A program made the translations under genes and the position numbers. Positions 18,601 to 27,272 of a stretch of 64,000 bases of DNA are shown here, piece after piece. The stretch lies in IMG/VR virus record IMGVR_UViG_3300012344_000020, positions 25,414 to 89,413 of that record. One strand, given 5' to 3'. Each line of letters starts with the position of its first letter. Positions within the stretch are counted from its first letter, which is position 1. Below the pieces are notes generated by a model that searched no databases, was not told the DNA's origin, and saw nothing but the letters and a program-made list of their open reading frames with translations. The stretch is from a virus. Its lineage: Duplodnaviria; Caudoviricetes.

Positions 18601-21600
18601 GGAAGCTACAGCAGTAACGTCGGAGTATGAGATGCAGCAGCAGAGTGCCATCGGTATTCTTGAACGTGCCAACAACCTTTGGGAAAAGGCGTTTGTAAAT
18701 CCCGAAGGTGTGGATATGGTGAAGAACATGGCACAGGCTTGGTATGACATGTCGGAGCTGATGACGCAAAGCCCCATCTTTAAAGGAACTTTATCCGCAG
18801 CTTTGTCGCTTGTGATTGCATCTGTCAAGACGTTAGTCGTTTTACTCCCTGCATTGATAAATTATATTGTTGCTTTGGGCGTATGGAAGACGATTACATT
18901 CTTGGTTACAATGGCGAAATCTATTTGGGCAGCAGTAACAGCGCAGAACGCTTTGAATGCTGCGTGCAAGGTTAATCCTTATGTGGCCCTTGCTTCTGTA
19001 ATAATGACTGCGATAGGTATTATTGCGGGTTTCGCTAATAAAGCTAATGAAGCGGCTAAAGCGCAAGAGGAAGCTGCAAGAAAGGCTAATGCTTGGAAGG
19101 ATAAACTTAAAGATGCGGAGCAACAGACGGATAATATGACCCGTAAGCTTCACTCTTATAAAGTCGCTCTCGAACAGGTTAATTTATCTCAAAAGGATAG
19201 AAATACGCAGATTGCCCGTTTTAATAGAGATTTTAGACAATACATATCAAAGCTCGGTATTGAGATTAAGAGCGTGAGTGATTTACGTAAGCATTATTCC
19301 GCTCTTGCCAATGAAATCCAAAGGGCTACTTATTACAGATTGCGTGAGGAAGCAAAACAGGATGCCTTGCCCGAATTTCAGAAGGATCGCTTAAATGCAG
19401 CCGACCTTCTGAAAAAATATATAAGCGAAAAAGATTATAAATATGGAGGTTTTTCTGTAAAGGACGTCATTCGCTGGTTTGCTAAAGGCGCAGATGCTAA
19501 TGCGGCATACAAATACATGATACAGGGTTCATTGAAGAATACCTATGTAGGACCAAGAAAGGTGAATCCTAACGATATAAAATTCAATTATTCTACCGGC
19601 GAATACACTTACGACCATAAGGGACCGTATGGTCCGACGAGGGATAGGGATAAGGAACTGTTGGATAGACTTCATTATCTTTATAATGCTACGCAGAGAG
19701 AATCTAACAAGGAGAAGGAAATTGATGAATATTTCAGTCCGTTTGTTCCGAAAGATTACACTCCATGGGTAGACGATGAGCCTGGCACTCTTGAAAATGA
19801 CGCACCCGACAAGGATGCTATCCGTCAGCAGAAGCAAGAGGAGCGCGACCGCAGGAAGGCGTGGCGCGAAGAACTGAAGCAGAAGCAGGACGAGGCGAAT
19901 GCCATCATGGATGACGTGCGCAATTTTTACGAGCGTCAAATCAACCAGAAGATGGAGGATGCCATTGCTCTCGGAATGGATAAGACAGAGCAAGATCTGT
20001 TCATTGAGCCTGTACGCAAACGTATGAATGAGGCTCTTGAGCAGGTACGCCTTGCCATTGCAGGGCAAAAGAACACCTGGGAGCAGTTTAAGCAGACAAT
20101 GGATAAAGATTTGATTGAGAAGACCGATGCAACGGGCGTCAATCTATCCAAGGGTTTGCTGAGTAATATCCAAGGTAACAATATTGATGCGCTTAGGAAT
20201 CTGATGGCGCAGTTGTCTAAGAATCTTGGCATTCCTATGACATCTACGACAGCACAGATTTTTGCCAAGGCTTCGAAGAATGAGCAAGGCAATTTGTCTC
20301 TTACCGCCAAGCAGCAGGAGGCTCGTCGTAAGGTAGCGCAGGAACATGATTACACTGGGGTGGTCAAACATAACATGTATGATGACTTTAACACGATGGG
20401 ATACGCCAACCCTAACGCGGCAGAAGTTGCAGATAAGGTCGCTTTCGATAAACGTAAGGCTAATATCATCGCCATGTACGAAAAGGCTCGCAAGGATATA
20501 TCCAAGATATATGAAACAGATGTGAGCACAGAAGAGGGTAGGGGCTTGTTGATGCAAATCCTCTTTGGTGAAGACCCCGACGGTATGGCTGCTCGTATTA
20601 AGGCTACACTCGGCAATGAAACGAGCGACTGGCAAGCCTTCTATCTTAAACTTCTTCAGTATTCTGACGAATATACAGAGGCGATGAAGAAGCAGTATGA
20701 CGACCAAAAGAAGATTGTCAATCAGATGTGGGCTACCAACAAGCGCAACCTCGCCCAGCAGGAGGCTATCCGTAAGATGCAGAACGAGAGTGATCTTTTC
20801 AGCAAGCGTACCAACCTTCTCTCTAATCTCGGCTTGGCAAATCTTACTGCCGACCCCGAAATAGAGTTAATGAAGGCGCGTATGCAGGCGGCTGAAGACT
20901 ATTACGCTTTCGTGAAAGCTAACACGCAGAATATGCAGCTTATCAGAGAGGCTGATGATGCTCGCCAGCAAGCCGAACTAAATTACGCCAACCAGATGGC
21001 AACTGCCATGAAGTCGCGCTTGTCGCAGATGAAGGAACTGGTGCAGCCTATCGAGAACTTCGGCTCTGCCGTTGGCCAGGCTCTTGCCACCATGAAAGAT
21101 GATGCCGACAGTGCAAACGAGGCTATCAAGTCTGCCCTCAAGTCCATGCTTGAATCATGGGGTAAGATGGCTCTCAACGATGTGAACACGCAAATGTGGA
21201 AGGCTATCAATGATGCCGGAGCCAAGCGAGGCAAGGCGAAAGCGCAGCCGGACATTGATGCTGCGCGCAAAAATGCGGATGCCAATGCCGTGAAAGAGAA
21301 TCTTTCGGATATTGGCACGGCTGGTAATCCTGCACACGTTATTGTGGATAACGGTATTTCGGTAGATGCCAACGGTAATCCTGCCGCTCCTAACGCTAAC
21401 GGGAATGGTAATACAGAAGGAGTACCACAACCTTCCACACAACCGACCGAGCCACCTGCCGCATGGCAAAAGCGAAACCCGGGCAAAACGATAGACGATT
21501 ATAATCGTGAGGTGCAGGGTATAGCAGCGCAAGCCGGCAGTGGTGTCGCTGACGTAGTGACAGGTAACGGTTCAATGGGTGATGTCGGCGCGGGTGCAGT

Positions 21601-22651
21601 GTCTGCTGGCGCAAATGCACTGCTCAATGCTCCTATTGGCGGAAAGTCGTCTGAGGATAAGGAGAAAGACAAGCAGCGCAAGGCGGAAAAGAAGCACCAG
21701 AAAGAACTGAATAAGGAAGTAAAGCAGGGAGTAAAGGAACGTGAGAAGGAAAACAAGAAGGGTGTAGAGAATATCACGAAAGACTCTGCGGAAGCTGGCA
21801 AGGAACAGACAAAGCTGGAGGAAACAAAGCAGAATACCACCAATGCTATTGTCGAGACTGGTTTGAACACTACTTTCGTCAAGAAGCAGGAGAACGATGC
21901 CGCTGTCGTAGAACAGAGCAAGAATACGGCACAGGTTGAGAACACATTCTCTATTGTCGGAGCTATCGGCAAGTGCTTTGAGTACTTGGGCCCTATTGCT
22001 GGTCCTATTGCCGCTGCCTCGGTTATGGCTATTCTCACTGGTTTGATGCAGTGGGGTCTGAATGCAGCTTTTGGCGGCAGTAAGAAAAGTAGTTCTTCAT
22101 CCACCAAGAACACCAAACTCGTTTCGGGTATGCTTACCTACGATAGCGGTAACGTGCAAGACCTCAAGCCATTCGTTGGCGACAATGGCGAAGTGTATTG
22201 GGCAACGGAGCAGGATAAGCCGCAGGGCGGCGTTAATCTCCTTACCACGCCCACCGCTACAACTATCAATGGCCAACGTTCCCTCGTAGCAGAGAATGGT
22301 CCGGAATTGGTAATCGGCCGTGAAACCACCAAGGCGATGATGATGAACAACCCATCCCTACTGAAGGCACTCGTCAATTACGACAGCAATTATTCGGGAC
22401 GCAACGCGGCCCGCAGAACATTTGATGAAGGCAACGTGGGCGAGTCGGTTGGTAATTTCGCGTCAGGCGCGTCAGCGACTGACGACCTTATAACCAACAA
22501 CACTGCAAGCAATGCGGCTCTCCTGCAAGCCGTAAACGCCCTCCTTCAGCGTCTTAACGAACCTATCTCCGCCAAGATAGATATGTATGGCCGTGGTAAT
22601 CTCTACGACAGCATGACCAAGGCCAATCAGTTTATGAAAGGCAAGGTGTAG
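15629..22651 (+). CDS. tail tape measure protein (TP901-like core), 2340 aa
   Basis: SLTDIRKVSGLT..EV..L..EL..IDTRTS..GLAQLAY core; long coiled coils; central hydrophobic Ala-rich segment. Confidence 0.9.
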   Translation: MAKQTTEAIITLNGKQPLEVLNQLHNAAEKIKQAMEATQQKMNGMKPNDDAYKQLNATLKGLKEQYNLLSSAQVKDIEATQRLQSAVDNLASTSLKNLRKALGDGKRQIEGLSEAELEQANSIRELMKTVGDQIRLLEGKFVKIREGLASIGTQSDQWLSKAIDQQKELMSSTRRGTQEYKEQEQVLQMLTSEQNKRNAAISAEATARKQAQFKQQVASSRQMLSSGNLGNYSQSEIQTSINTLRQAQSQTAMGGTEWKQLADEIKKAEAELDKLLGKTKEVKQQMSEGEAKGILGDIGSHTEQEVREAINALKMLQSTVNVGGTQWNAYAADIEKAETELGKLTGKIKEVKAGMSESGAKATITFMDKNSESKVREAINTLRSLQSQTELGSTKWKDYADRINDAEQRLAELTGKAKGAKQELSRMDVNDRLLDLSNQSEKSLKEMLDWLQKAKLELNPYTQEWSRVADEIDRVKQRMADVQANTPYIRNEQSAQNIARQNQLQFQDGTTHDVTRQDLQWSKDYLQKQLDVTPVADTAKIKYIQEALDLIDERMKALNGDTEKATMSADKLDDVLNNMKSASLSELRDASAELKKQLDGLAPSSDDAKKIKKQLQDLDREIKQVEDDIVDVNDVIARSKNGKASISELKQAYKQLEAELEKVETGAKEFAEKHKDLENLRKKIDEVTVSAKKQGGAWNTALKNLTAYVGLFQVFNKVKDVVTGAIKKNFEYSGSLTDIRKVSGLTMEEVNKLSTELAKIDTRTSVEGLAQLAYQGAKLGMGKFGVDGMKQFVAAADQINVAIGEEMGEEALPALSKMVETMGLIPKMGIEKAMLATGSAMFKLSSTSTATSGNIVEFAKRLTGVSRTAGITTDQLLALGSASDSLFLMPEVSATAMSKFIVALQKNHNLIEKDLGIQQGTIKNMYAAGNAMDAIVLVLEKMRDKGNMNALGSIFKDLGSDGQRLVTAMVTMSKNVDVLKDHLYESQEAFEEATAVTSEYEMQQQSAIGILERANNLWEKAFVNPEGVDMVKNMAQAWYDMSELMTQSPIFKGTLSAALSLVIASVKTLVVLLPALINYIVALGVWKTITFLVTMAKSIWAAVTAQNALNAACKVNPYVALASVIMTAIGIIAGFANKANEAAKAQEEAARKANAWKDKLKDAEQQTDNMTRKLHSYKVALEQVNLSQKDRNTQIARFNRDFRQYISKLGIEIKSVSDLRKHYSALANEIQRATYYRLREEAKQDALPEFQKDRLNAADLLKKYISEKDYKYGGFSVKDVIRWFAKGADANAAYKYMIQGSLKNTYVGPRKVNPNDIKFNYSTGEYTYDHKGPYGPTRDRDKELLDRLHYLYNATQRESNKEKEIDEYFSPFVPKDYTPWVDDEPGTLENDAPDKDAIRQQKQEERDRRKAWREELKQKQDEANAIMDDVRNFYERQINQKMEDAIALGMDKTEQDLFIEPVRKRMNEALEQVRLAIAGQKNTWEQFKQTMDKDLIEKTDATGVNLSKGLLSNIQGNNIDALRNLMAQLSKNLGIPMTSTTAQIFAKASKNEQGNLSLTAKQQEARRKVAQEHDYTGVVKHNMYDDFNTMGYANPNAAEVADKVAFDKRKANIIAMYEKARKDISKIYETDVSTEEGRGLLMQILFGEDPDGMAARIKATLGNETSDWQAFYLKLLQYSDEYTEAMKKQYDDQKKIVNQMWATNKRNLAQQEAIRKMQNESDLFSKRTNLLSNLGLANLTADPEIELMKARMQAAEDYYAFVKANTQNMQLIREADDARQQAELNYANQMATAMKSRLSQMKELVQPIENFGSAVGQALATMKDDADSANEAIKSALKSMLESWGKMALNDVNTQMWKAINDAGAKRGKAKAQPDIDAARKNADANAVKENLSDIGTAGNPAHVIVDNGISVDANGNPAAPNANGNGNTEGVPQPSTQPTEPPAAWQKRNPGKTIDDYNREVQGIAAQAGSGVADVVTGNGSMGDVGAGAVSAGANALLNAPIGGKSSEDKEKDKQRKAEKKHQKELNKEVKQGVKEREKENKKGVENITKDSAEAGKEQTKLEETKQNTTNAIVETGLNTTFVKKQENDAAVVEQSKNTAQVENTFSIVGAIGKCFEYLGPIAGPIAAASVMAILTGLMQWGLNAAFGGSKKSSSSSTKNTKLVSGMLTYDSGNVQDLKPFVGDNGEVYWATEQDKPQGGVNLLTTPTATTINGQRSLVAENGPELVIGRETTKAMMMNNPSLLKALVNYDSNYSGRNAARRTFDEGNVGESVGNFASGASATDDLITNNTASNAALLQAVNALLQRLNEPISAKIDMYGRGNLYDSMTKANQFMKGKV

Positions 22652-22724
22652 GACGTTAAGTCTTACAAGGCTATCACAGACAACAATTCTTTAGCCATGA
22701 TAAATGATATGTAAATTAGGTTTG

Positions 22725-22759
22725 AGACCGCTCCGCCGTGATGGTGTGGCGGTCTTTTC
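22725..22759 (+). terminator. intrinsic terminator after the TMP
   Basis: AGACCGC...GCGGTCT stem followed by a T-run. Confidence 0.7.
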
Positions 22760-22789
22760 TTTTATTCTAATCTTTCGTTGATATTGTTC

Positions 22790-23380
22790 TAATCTTTCAC
22801 TGGGTATTTTGCACCCGTTTAGAAGTGCGCACTTTAATTTTTACTTTGCACTTCTGTAAATCGTTGATAATAAAGCATTTCCGTATTACGAGCACTTCAA
22901 AAGTGCAAAAATGCACCAAAATCCGCTACTATATATATAATTTTTCGACCATTTCTTTTTATCCCCAAAAACAAAAACCCCGAACCTCAAACGATAAGTG
23001 AGTAGCAATCACGGCTATGCCGTAAACTATTGATAATAAAGTATTTACATTGCAGAGAAATAAAGCAGTCAGTGGCGAAAAATCGTGTAGAATGGTTATA
23101 TTTCTTTCTTTCTTTTATATTTTTTGTTGCTTTTACGCTCGTATAAAGTAAAAAAACAACTCCTTTTTTGCACTTTTAATAAGTAAGTAATTGAAAATTC
23201 GGGAGTTAGATGGATTTTGAGTATGCACAAACGTAGCTCAAACCATGCACTTGACTTGCACTTTTGAAAGTGAGTTTGCACTTTTGGAAGATACAAGTTG
23301 GAAAATCAAAAATGGAGTTTGCACTTTTGAAAGTGAGTTTGCACTCCTGAAGGCGCAGAAGTGCAAACTTGCATTTCGGG
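22790..23380. repeat. AT-rich non-coding region with about 12 TGCAC/GTGCA motifs and a 27-bp direct repeat
   Basis: TTGCACTTTTGAAAGTGAGTTTGCACT at 23256-23282 and 23319-23345; TGATAATAAAG occurs twice. Confidence 0.7.
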
Positions 23381-23384
23381 TGAT

Positions 23385-24290
23385 TTAGTAGGTCTTTTCC
23401 AGTTCGTTGATATAAGGAATAGCCTCCTGGCGGATGATGTCGAGAAGTATTCGAGCTGAGCGTTTGAGCGGCACATCCTTCATCCAGTGGGCATTGCTCA
23501 TCAGTTCGTTTTCAAGTCCGATGATAGGCTTCGCCACCAGGGTAGGGTGGTTCTTCAGATAGAGTTTGGACATGAAAGTTACGCTTTGCGTTTCCTCGAC
23601 GATGGCAAGATCTTCGTCGGGATCACTCACTATGCACTTCACGTTGAGTTTGGTGAGGTCGTGTTGCAGGTATCGCTGAAAGGTATTGAACACTCGGTCG
23701 CCTACGTCCGGCATAATGACGCTATGTCGGAGGATGTCGCTGTACGACACCTTGGGCAGTCGGGCGAGTGGGTGAGTATTTCGCATCACGGCATAGATAT
23801 GGAATGGTATGCACGGCACTGATTCTATACCCTCATGACCATAGGCGGTATTCATGGTAAAGGCAATGTCGAGCTCGTGATTGCGCAATAAGCGGTTCAG
23901 ACTGGAGGCTTTGGTCAGTTCGGCATTGAGCTGGACATTAGGATAACGCTCCATAAAGATGAGCGCAGCCACACGGATATAGGGAGCAATGAACGAACCG
24001 ACACCGATACGCAGTTCGCCTGTCATGCAGTTGTTGAGCGCATGAATATGTTCCTTGCAGTCCTCTGTCTGTTTGATTATCTCTTTGGCTCGTGGAAGCA
24101 AGGCTTCGCCATTCTCGGTGAGTGTGATGTCGTGAGAAGTACGGATGAGCAACTTGCACCCCAGTTCATCCTCCAGGGCTTTGATGTGTTGGCTGACGGC
24201 AGACTGAGTGATGCAACATCGTGTGGCGGCAACAGAGAAAGAAAGATTTTCCGCCACGAAAACAAAAGAACGTAAATGTCGTAGTTCCAT
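23385..24290 (-). CDS. LysR-family transcriptional regulator
   Basis: MELRHLRSFVFVAENLSFSVAA...TQSAVSQHIKALEDELGCKLLIRT HTH; 301 aa. Confidence 0.95.
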   Translation of the reverse strand: MELRHLRSFVFVAENLSFSVAATRCCITQSAVSQHIKALEDELGCKLLIRTSHDITLTENGEALLPRAKEIIKQTEDCKEHIHALNNCMTGELRIGVGSFIAPYIRVAALIFMERYPNVQLNAELTKASSLNRLLRNHELDIAFTMNTAYGHEGIESVPCIPFHIYAVMRNTHPLARLPKVSYSDILRHSVIMPDVGDRVFNTFQRYLQHDLTKLNVKCIVSDPDEDLAIVEETQSVTFMSKLYLKNHPTLVAKPIIGLENELMSNAHWMKDVPLKRSARILLDIIRQEAIPYINELEKTY

Positions 24291-24322
24291 AGTCGTAGTT
24301 TTTAGTTGAAAAAATCTAATTG

Positions 24323-24330
24323 CAAAGGTA
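24323..24330 (-). promoter_or_regulatory. -7 box TACCTTTG upstream of lysR
   Basis: Matches the Bacteroidetes TAnnTTTG consensus; lacks the upstream TGTCC element. Confidence 0.45.
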
Positions 24331-24409
24331 GATAAACTTTGCTTATCACAAGACGATAATCAAAAAGAAATGCTAATAGAAAGATAAGCGAGCGATGAAG
24401 GAACAACGG

Positions 24410-24447
24410 AAGTCCCCTTGCGGCAGGTGAGTGGCGCAAGGGGACTT
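24410..24447. terminator. 13-bp perfect hairpin between the cassette and lysR
   Basis: AAGTCCCCTTGCG / CGCAAGGGGACTT; weak U-tail. Confidence 0.55.
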
Positions 24448-24461
24448 GATTATCTCTATAC

Positions 24462-24959
24462 TTACATCATTGCGTGCATGGCTGTATAGTCCCATATCTT
24501 GGTGCAGTCATCGTCCCCTTGCCAGTCGGCATCGCAGAAATAGAACAGATAGGCTGCACGTATGATTTCCTCGTCCTTCATGTTGGTGCATAGGTCGGCA
24601 TACATGGAGTTGAAGGCAACGTATTTGTCCCATCCGTTTACTTTCGGGTGGAACTCCATACCGCGTGTGGCTTCCTCTATCTTTGCCCGCGTCCAGTGAG
24701 GACCGTGCAGGGTAGGCTGTCCCTCCTCGTCAAGTTCGCCATACTCCAGGCGGTTCACGTCGTGGTTGGCAAACTTCTCACTGTAATGTCTGTCGTATAG
24801 CACGGCATGTTGGTGGCGCATGATACGCCAGTAGACTTCCGGATTATCATTTTTGATAATTTCGAGGTCGCACGACATCTGCTCAATGGCAGCGTTCATC
24901 TTCTTCTCGGAGGCTACGCCTGTGGCGCGAGCCTGTTCTATCAACTGAATATACTTCAT
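24462..24959 (-). CDS. hypothetical helical protein
   Basis: Start MKYIQ at 24959 preferred (alternative 24965); the track's start lies inside a repeat. Confidence 0.75.
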   Translation of the reverse strand: MKYIQLIEQARATGVASEKKMNAAIEQMSCDLEIIKNDNPEVYWRIMRHQHAVLYDRHYSEKFANHDVNRLEYGELDEEGQPTLHGPHWTRAKIEEATRGMEFHPKVNGWDKYVAFNSMYADLCTNMKDEEIIRAAYLFYFCDADWQGDDDCTKIWDYTAMHAMM

Positions 24960-24977
24960 AATCATTATGTTTTTATT

Positions 24978-25182
24978 GTCATCGAATGACACAAATGAAA
25001 CGAATGATTAAACATCAAAAGAAACGAAAGAAACAAAAGTTTTACGTTGCATTTTCAATATCAAAGGAAACGGTATTGGCGCAAAAAGATTTGTTTCATT
25101 CGTGTCATTTGATGACATATTTTTTGTTTCTTTTGATATTCCGTTACTTCCGATGTTCGCGTTATTAGTCTCATTCGATGAT
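24978..25182. repeat. AT-rich palindromic element inside the cassette
   Basis: AACATCAAAA at 25011 and TTCCGATGTT at 25148; TGACACAAA/TGAAACGAA units. Confidence 0.65.
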
Positions 25183-25190
25183 GTCTTTTG

Positions 25191-25325
25191 TCAACAATTC
25201 GGGCATACGCCCTTAAACTTTGGTATCACCGGCACCGAGGTAGCGAAATTCGTAGGCCGATGAAAGTTGGAAGAAAGTTTATCCAACTTTCTTTCTTCTT
25301 TCTTCTTTGTCTTTTTCTCCTCCAT
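25191..25325 (-). CDS. 44-aa peptide ending in CPNC
   Basis: MEEKKTKKKEERK...FKGVCPNC*; overlaps the upstream gene end; below the track cutoff. Confidence 0.5.
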   Translation of the reverse strand: MEEKKTKKKEERKLDKLSSNFHRPTNFATSVPVIPKFKGVCPNC

Positions 25326-25590
25326 ACAATATAGTGAATTTTCGTTGAAGATACAACAATAACAATCCAAACCAATTAGACAAGTAAGCCATCAGTATGG
25401 CAAGGAATACCGCAGTGATGATGTCGGCACCCATATACAATATGCCTGCCATTGCCGACCAGAACGTAAGGCACTGGCTGCATGACAGCACCTTATCCAC
25501 CACCTCGGCAATGGCATGCGCCAGTCCGAGATGATGAATGAGATTGACCGATACCATCAAGACAAGACTTGTCAATACAAGCATGATCAT
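25279..25590 (-). CDS. small membrane protein with CxxC (CSQC)
   Basis: ATG at 25590 overlaps the upstream TGA; LSCSQCLTFW plus hydrophobic helices. Confidence 0.7.
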   Translation of the reverse strand: MIMLVLTSLVLMVSVNLIHHLGLAHAIAEVVDKVLSCSQCLTFWSAMAGILYMGADIITAVFLAILMAYLSNWFGLLLLYLQRKFTILYGGEKDKEERRKKVG

Positions 25591-26021
25591 GCCGTGGCGA
25601 TGGTTAGGGTGAGAGGCACGTCCGACACAAATGTCTTGCTGCATGAGCAGCAAGCAATGCGTGCGATGCCGTTCTGCACGGTGCCGATGGAAGGTGTAAC
25701 ACTACTGATGGCGGTTGCACTGAATACAGGAATAGTAAAATCCTGGCTCACCACCTGCGAGCGCGTGCAACACGTTCCGCAGTTGCAAGGCACATAGTTG
25801 ATGACACCTTCCACATGAAGCACCACCAAGTATTGCGATGTGCCAACGTTTGCAATGCTCTTCACCGAGAATGCAGGAGCGAACACGGGCGTTTCGTCCA
25901 CACAAGCGGGAGTGCAGAGCTGTTGGGTGATGTTCACGTCGTAATAAGGAGCAGTGGCAGTTGCGCCCACTGCAAGTGTGGCTGTAATGTTAGCCGGAAT
26001 AGAACGTTTGTTCATAGTCAT
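25587..26021 (-). CDS. Cys-rich beta-type protein
   Basis: LCTPAC, CNCGTCC and CCSCSK motifs; start MTMNKR at 26021. Confidence 0.75.
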   Translation of the reverse strand: MTMNKRSIPANITATLAVGATATAPYYDVNITQQLCTPACVDETPVFAPAFSVKSIANVGTSQYLVVLHVEGVINYVPCNCGTCCTRSQVVSQDFTIPVFSATAISSVTPSIGTVQNGIARIACCSCSKTFVSDVPLTLTIATA

Positions 26022-26087
26022 TGTTTTCTGTTTTATTATAGCGACGAAACGTAGCCGCCGCATGTGTTGATAACTCTGTTGATAACT

Positions 26088-26510
26088 CTATCTCTTCACC
26101 TGGTAATGCTCCGCATTTTCCACAGGAAGATTCTTTTGCAGCAGGTCGGCCAATTCGTCGAGGTCTTCCTCGTCAAACGTGATTACGCCTTCAAGGATAG
26201 ATAGCGGACCATTATAGCGCACCTTCTCCACAATGTCGTGAGCCATCTGCGGGATGCTCTCATCAGGTATCTGTCCGAAATACTTAGCCAGCATCGGAGT
26301 AACCAGCGAATTGACCACCGGCTGAATAAGCGGTTCAATATCCTTCTGGAGATTGTATGTTCCGCTTACAAGTCCCATTGAGCCGATGGTGGCTTGCAAT
26401 GACTGGAGCATAGGCAGACGCATGATGTTGCCGGCGGCAATCTGCGAAATGGCAGGTCGTGCCCATTCCGACACGACCGCTGCCAAGATTTGTGAGTTGG
26501 AATATTCCAT
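26088..26510 (-). CDS. hypothetical protein (140 aa)
   Basis: Co-oriented ORF in a tight operon. Confidence 0.75.
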   Translation of the reverse strand: MEYSNSQILAAVVSEWARPAISQIAAGNIMRLPMLQSLQATIGSMGLVSGTYNLQKDIEPLIQPVVNSLVTPMLAKYFGQIPDESIPQMAHDIVEKVRYNGPLSILEGVITFDEEDLDELADLLQKNLPVENAEHYQVKR

Positions 26511-26523
26511 ACCTTACAAGTGT

Positions 26524-27033
26524 TTATGCGTTGCAACCGCAACCGCACCCAGTCTGACACACATTCGATGAAGGCACAAAGAGTTTGGTGACGCTCGACA
26601 GCGAAGCCACCTGCGACTTCAGCACGTCGATATTTGCATTGGCGGCTGCATTGTAAGCCATCTGCTGTGCGTTGATAGCCTGCTGTGCATCCTTGTTGGC
26701 GTTCACCTTGTCTTCAAGGCGGTTCACCTTACCGTCAATGTACTGCGTTACTTCCACGAGTTTCTTGTCGGTGTAGTTCTCACTCTTCTGAATGGCAAGT
26801 TCCGTCTTGAGCGTAGAGTTTTCCTGAATAAGATTAGTCTCACTCTTTGTTACGAACCTTGCGTCAGGGTCATTCGGGTTGGCAGTCATCTGTCTGCCAC
26901 CACCAAGACCGCCGAGCAATGCGCCACCACCGAGAAGGCTGGTAGCCAATCCTGCGATACCGAGACCGAGAGCCGTATTGCCCAGTCCCTTGCTGGCAAC
27001 ATCATAGTCGCCGTTTTGTGTTTTAATCTGCAT
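26524..27033 (-). CDS. Gly-rich hydrophobic, coiled-coil protein with CGCGC tail (ASKG..LGLGIAG family)
   Basis: ASKGLGNTALGLGIAGLA; C-terminal CQTGCGCGCNA. Confidence 0.75.
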   Translation of the reverse strand: MQIKTQNGDYDVASKGLGNTALGLGIAGLATSLLGGGALLGGLGGGRQMTANPNDPDARFVTKSETNLIQENSTLKTELAIQKSENYTDKKLVEVTQYIDGKVNRLEDKVNANKDAQQAINAQQMAYNAAANANIDVLKSQVASLSSVTKLFVPSSNVCQTGCGCGCNA

Positions 27034-27272
27034 AGTTGTTTGTGTTGTTGATTTCGTTCAATATTGAACTTGTGGCAAAGGTATATATATAAAGGTAGGA
27101 GTGAAAGGAGCGGTGATGAATAAAACTTATGGGAGTATCACAGATAAAATGATGCTAATAGAAGTATAAATGTTAAATAAATCTTTGACCGACAAAGTTT
27201 ATGGTATATAATTTTGAAATATCAAATATATATTTTAATTTTGTACCCAATTAAACTTTGAGTGTCAAAGAT

